The position numbers and the translations under genes were made by a program. The notes under the pieces are model-generated. The model was given only the letters and a program-made list of their open reading frames with translations. It was not told the DNA's origin and did no database searches. This document shows positions 59,336 through 64,000 of a DNA stretch of 64,000 nt, piece by piece (positions within the stretch are counted from its first letter, which is position 1; every line of letters starts with the position of its first letter). The stretch is from Carcharhinus longimanus (lineage: Eukaryota): NCBI GenBank assembly GCA_030264375.1, contig JASCQW010000190.1, positions 20,220,015 to 20,284,014 on the forward strand, given 5' to 3'.

Positions 59336-59407
59336 GGAAATTGAAACGACACAGATTTTGGAAGAGGTTGGAAAATTAGAATGGTTCCATGTCACAGAAA
59401 GTGCATC
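59336..59407 (+). other. Candidate 72-nt symmetric exon
   Basis: ttatttcactccctttgcctccag|GGAAAT...GCATC|gtgagt; single open frame EIETTQILEEVGKLEWFHVTESA. Confidence 0.35.
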
Positions 59408-59814
59408 GTGAGTGCTCAAGGAAGCGTTGTGTCGTCCTGCTCCTCCTCATTGTCAGAATTCAGCTTCATTTGCATGGCGCCTGCCAGAAGATTTTGGGCC
59501 AGTAAAAATAACTGGAGTGAACAGGAGGATCAGATTGAAGCTGTTATTTTGGTGTCCCACTGTTGTTCGTTCCTGTAGTCTAACTTACAGAAGATCAGAT
59601 TCCAGTCGGCTGGTTCAGGCAGCTGTGGTGATATGCTGAACTGATGGGGGAATTTTTTTTTTAAATATCAACTTATTCTCTACACGTTGCTCAGGCTGGT
59701 TGCGGACACTTGATTCTTTGTTTTTCTTGACAAGCTCAACAATCATTGATATTCTTGCAACCGATAAATACCACTCACTGGACTGAACAGAAAGAAATAA
59801 GAGGTCCTAATATG

Positions 59815-60150
59815 TGGGCAGCATGGTGGCACTATGCATAGTATGCTATCTCACAGCGCCAGGGACCAGGATTCAATTTCAGTCTTGGGTCACTGTGTGG
59901 AGTTTACACGTTCTCCCCATGTTTGCATGGGTTTGCTCTGGGCACCCTTGTTTCCTCCCACACTCCAAATACGTGCAGGTTAGGTGGATTGCCCCTTAGT
60001 GTCCCAAGATCTGTAGATTAGTTAGATTAGCCATGGTAAATATGTGGCATCAGGGGATAGGGTTAGGGAGAGGATGCTCTGTCAGAGTTGGTACAGACTC
60101 GATGGGCTGAATGACTACTTCTGCACTGTAGGGATTCTGTGATTCTATGA
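59815..60150 (+). mobile_element. HE1-type V-SINE (tail type A)
   Basis: Head, V-domain, tail GCACTGTAGGGATTCTGTGATTCTATGA. Confidence 0.9.
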
Positions 60151-60930
60151 TATTAAGGGTTGGAATGGGGATGCGGAGGAACGGTGGGGACAAAATGTGG
60201 CAGGTAAGAGGTTTTGCTTAGGAGTTGCCAACTCTTTGCCATTTTAAACTTTGGAGAGGAATTCTGATGCTATGGGACACATGCCTTCACATCCGACTGA
60301 ATCAAAGAGCGAGCGACTTTTTCCCTGTGGCCTGACAAGGAGGAGAATGATATGCCATCAACTGCAGAACTTTGCATTACTGAAATTCCTGATCATGACA
60401 CGTTTTTAGAATTCGCCCTCTTCTATCACCTTTTAGAGCCACTTTCTCTGATTTTCTCCAGTGATAATGAAACAGAGCTAGCCCGTGCTGCCAGCTGAGA
60501 GCTTNNNNNNNNNNTTATTCGAATCAGGGAGGGCAGGGGGTGGTGCTACAACCATCTTATGTACTCCTCTGCCCTGACTCTCACTCGCTTTAAGTACGGC
60601 TCTCTGCTGGATCAGTGAATTTATCCTTGTACCTTTCCAAACAGAGTTATTGATTTCACTCTCTCAGTGCTGAAGATAACAAACCATTTGTCTGTTCACT
60701 ATCCAATCAGGTCTGTTTCTGTCTCTAGTGTTTCAGTCACCACTTGTCTTTCAAACGGCGAGTTAACCACCCTATAGAGAGTAGTGCCATCATCAGAGAC
60801 GACAACATTACTTGTAATGACATCCACCACAGCACTAGCTGGAGTTGATCACACTACCCCAGGCTCCCAGAACACTACCAGAAACTGGTGCTTGATCTTT
60901 CAGGTGTCAGTTGGGTGAACCCATTCAAAA

Positions 60931-61231
60931 GGGCAGCACAGTGGCACAGTAGTTAGCACTGCTGCCTCAGCACTGCAGCTGGGGACCCGGGTTCGATTCC
61001 CAGTTTGGATCACTGTCTAAGTGGAGTCTGCACCTTCTCCCCGTCTCTGCATGGGTTTCCTCCAGGTGCTCTGGTTTTCTCCCACAGTCTGAAAAATGTG
61101 CGGTTAGGTGCATTGTCCATGCTAAATTCTACCTCGGTGTACCCGAACAGGCACCAGGGTGTGGCGACTAGGGGATTTTTATACTAATTTCATCACAGTG
61201 TTAATGTGAGCCTACTTGTGGCACTAATAAA
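60931..61231 (+). mobile_element. V-SINE (tail type B)
   Basis: GGGCAGCACAGTGGCACAGTAGTTAG head, GGGTTCGATTCC, tail ...CACTAATAAA. Confidence 0.92.
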
Positions 61232-61503
61232 TGCTGCCTCACAATTCCCAGCTTGGCGTCGCTGTTTGAGTGGAGTTTGCACTTTCTCCCTGTGTCTGCG
61301 TGGGTTTCCTCTGGTGCTCTGGTTTCTTCCCACAGTCCAAAGATGTGGGGGTTAGGTGGATTGGCCATGCTAAATTGACCCTAGTGTTGGGGGACTAGCA
61401 GGGTTAATGCATGGGATTATGAGGATAGGGCCTGGGTGGGATTGTGGTCGGTGCAGACTCAATGGGCTGAATGGCCTTCTTTGGCACTGTATGGATTTTA
61501 TGA
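61232..61503 (+). mobile_element. HE1-type V-SINE (tail type A), head truncated, directly abutting the previous SINE
   Basis: TGCTGCCTCACA, V-domain, HER1-like tail. Confidence 0.88.
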
Positions 61504-62049
61504 AAATAAAAGATTGATTAGAGCTCTCTACTGCTGGATCTCCACTCACGTTTCCCTCATCTGATTTTTTCTCAGTCAGCTCCAGGAAACAGCCATCCCT
61601 CTGTATATAAACAAATGAATATTGTGATCCTGCAGGATTCTGAGCCCGTCCGTCAGGCTAAGATATGGGCCCATAGATCGCAGGACAATCACTCGCTCTA
61701 ATTTTTCTCAAACTAACCAGAAGGCGTCATCCAGTTAAAGATGGTGAGTAAATGCCTGAAGCTGAAGCCTTCCAGTGTGAAAGAATTTGCTGTCTGCTGT
61801 CGGGGGTAAGAGGGAGGATGTGTCAAATAGAAAAGCCTTCGCTTGAACATTTTCCAAGTTTCAATGAAAATCCAGGCGAGCAGGGAAGGCCTCGAGGCTT
61901 TCTTTGATCACAGTTCCTACCCTCGGCCTGTTACCAGGAGGTCACTTCCAGATTCCTAAACCAGCTTCACGCAGGCCTGAGGGGCTCCTGTTCCCCACCA
62001 ATCCCAACCCTGGTTAGGGCCTAAAATTCAAGACTAACGTGTTTGGTGG

Positions 62050-62245
62050 AGCCCCGATCTTACGCTCCCCGATTTAGCGCAAAATTGGATATGATGTGAT
62101 ATGACGGATGGACCCTTTTGTTTTGCTCTTTCCGGTTTAATGATTTAGTTGCGCTAAATCGACCCCGATTTAGTGCAACTCCGATAACATTCGCGATAAC
62201 ACTTTATGGAGCCCAACCACCGCGTTACAACAGGGCTGCACTGTA
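62050..62245. mobile_element. Terminus of a Tc1/mariner (Tigger-like) DNA element
   Basis: Ends CGCGTTACAACAGGGCTGCACTG|TA (reverse: TA|CAGTGCAGCCCTGTTGTAACGCG); internal 13-bp inverted repeats. Confidence 0.55.
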
Positions 62246-63439
62246 TTTCAGCCACGACTCAGAGAAATTGATCATTCAGGATTGCTAGGTGCTATTTTCC
62301 ATATGGCAGTCAATGAACAAGGCCAGAATTCAAATCGTCACATTGTCAAACATTTGCTGAAGATTTTCTCCTATTTTGTTCCACCATTGCTACTGAGATT
62401 TTTAGCGAAACTTTACAGCAATGGCTCAGGTGCAATCTTCTTTCAAACTGCTTTAGCCATTGTACTGGAATAGGGAAATGTCCCTCCTCGGTGGAAGAAT
62501 TGACGATGAGGGAGATGGGAAACTGGTCTACATGTACCCTATATACCGCAGACTAGGTGCATAGACCTCCTCTTGCCTGAGAGAAGGCCCAATAGTGGCA
62601 CATCCATCCACCAGAGCAGCCATGGTGGATTTCTGTCACCTTCTGCATGGAAACCAGGCATGACATTGCCAGTGGCTTTATAAGGCAGAACTCTGCTGAA
62701 AGACGGTGCGTCATGATTCAGGCTTCCACTGGGCGCATCATATACAACAGAGAATCGGCGGCATTTGGATAATGTGAAGCAAGTCATAGATTCATTCTTT
62801 ACACTGGTCACTTCCGTCCCTCTGGACAAACTAGAGCTGTCAGAAAATTCTGTGCGATTTTAAAACTTTGCCCGGGATTATATATTGCATTTGGCCCATA
62901 CCTGCTCCCTCACCCAATGCCACCGTACATAATAAGGAAGCATTTCACTTTCTAAACACCTGGCTTTGTTTGCAACATTCAGCACCAGGTTATGGAAGCC
63001 AGAAGTTTATTTCCTTTTGCAGTACCTTCAATTTCAGGCAGGCCACCAACCCACGAGTATTTGATCCATAAAGGCAAATCTCAAGGTGGTTCCTGGTAGA
63101 CCATTGTTATCCTCTGTGGTCAAGGTTCATTGCATTTCAGTGCACTAGCTGAATCTAGATATCATGAGGTGCCGTTCCCTGCAAGGCAGCTGTTGAGCAT
63201 GTAATTGGCACGTTGACTTCTCCAGCTTCCTGTTCCCATTAGCTGCTCGGGGTGTATACTGAGGACCTGTGGAGACATTGCTTCTCTCCCCCCCTTTCGA
63301 CCTCCTGCACTGCAACCCTCTCTCTGTTGTTCCAGTTCTCATGCTTATGTTTCTCTTGTGTTCCTGCAGACAGCCTGCTTCAACTTGAGCACGGGGAGTG
63401 AAACTCCCTTTTGACTTAAATGACGGGAGTGTGATCAAG

Positions 63440-63960
63440 GTATTTTCAGATGATACAGAAAATTAGCCTTGTGGTTAATAGTGAGGATGAAAGCTGGTTG
63501 GATGGAATAAAAAAATTGCAAATGGATTTCAATCCAGGAGAAGGCGATGTTATGTATTTGGAGAGGAAAAGAATACACAATAACTTGTTGGATTCTGTAA
63601 AGAGAGCAGAGGGATCTTGCATCTACAAATCCCTGATGGTAACAGGACAGGTAGGAAAACTGGTCAAGAAGTCACGGGGAATACTTTCATTTATTGGCTG
63701 AAGCTGAGATTAGAAGAATAGGGGAATTACGCTCGAACTGTGTAAAACACCAGTTAGCACACAGCTGGAGTACTGTGCACAGTTATGGTCATCTCTTCAT
63801 AGGAATGATATGATCATTCTAAAGAGGGGACCGGAGAGATTTGTGAGGATGAGCGGAGAATTTTAGCGGTGTGGAAAGATTGGCTTGGTGGATTTGCTTC
63901 CTTTGGAATAGAGGAGGCCGAGGGAAGATATAATTGACAAAATGGTGAAAAGTCTGGATT
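63440..63960 (+). mobile_element. Decayed CR1-like LINE fragment
   Basis: VFSDDT, LQMDFNP, QVGKLVKKSRGILSFI, QLEYCAQLWS motifs. Confidence 0.85.
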
Positions 63961-64000
63961 AGTGGTGAGCAACCTGCAGGCCATAGAACATAGAACCCTA

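Noticed and set aside
62978-62986. REST/NRSE site (TTCAGCACC)
   Set aside because: Left half-site only; the GGACAG right half is absent.

Overview
Vertebrate, almost certainly shark (elasmobranch) nuclear DNA from a gapped short/linked-read assembly. The taxon is inferred from V-domain HE1-type SINEs and HER1/CR1-type LINE tails. Roughly half of the window is decayed transposons: tRNA-headed V-SINEs with two different tails, a second tRNA-headed SINE family (MetaSINE-like), a DeuSINE-like remnant, CR1/L2/Rex-Babar/RTE LINE fragments, Ty3/Gypsy debris, a Tigger/pogo transposase fossil, GC-rich TIR elements and Penelope-like elements. No intact protein-coding gene or intact autonomous element is visible, and most ORF-track entries are spurious or run through N gaps. 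Two signals stand out. (1) A ~4 kb island with no recognisable TE (26.1-30.1 kb) holds a plus-strand cluster of candidate alternative exons: a 72-nt GC-donor exon, a 34/55-nt frameshifting exon behind a CA repeat, and a strong terminal-type acceptor with all three frames briefly open, plus RBFOX motifs. I could not identify the host gene. (2) Penelope-like elements with inverted termini carry decayed minimal type I hammerhead-ribozyme motifs. All family assignments come from recognising motifs by eye, not from database searches, and TE boundaries are approximate (about +/-20 bp).
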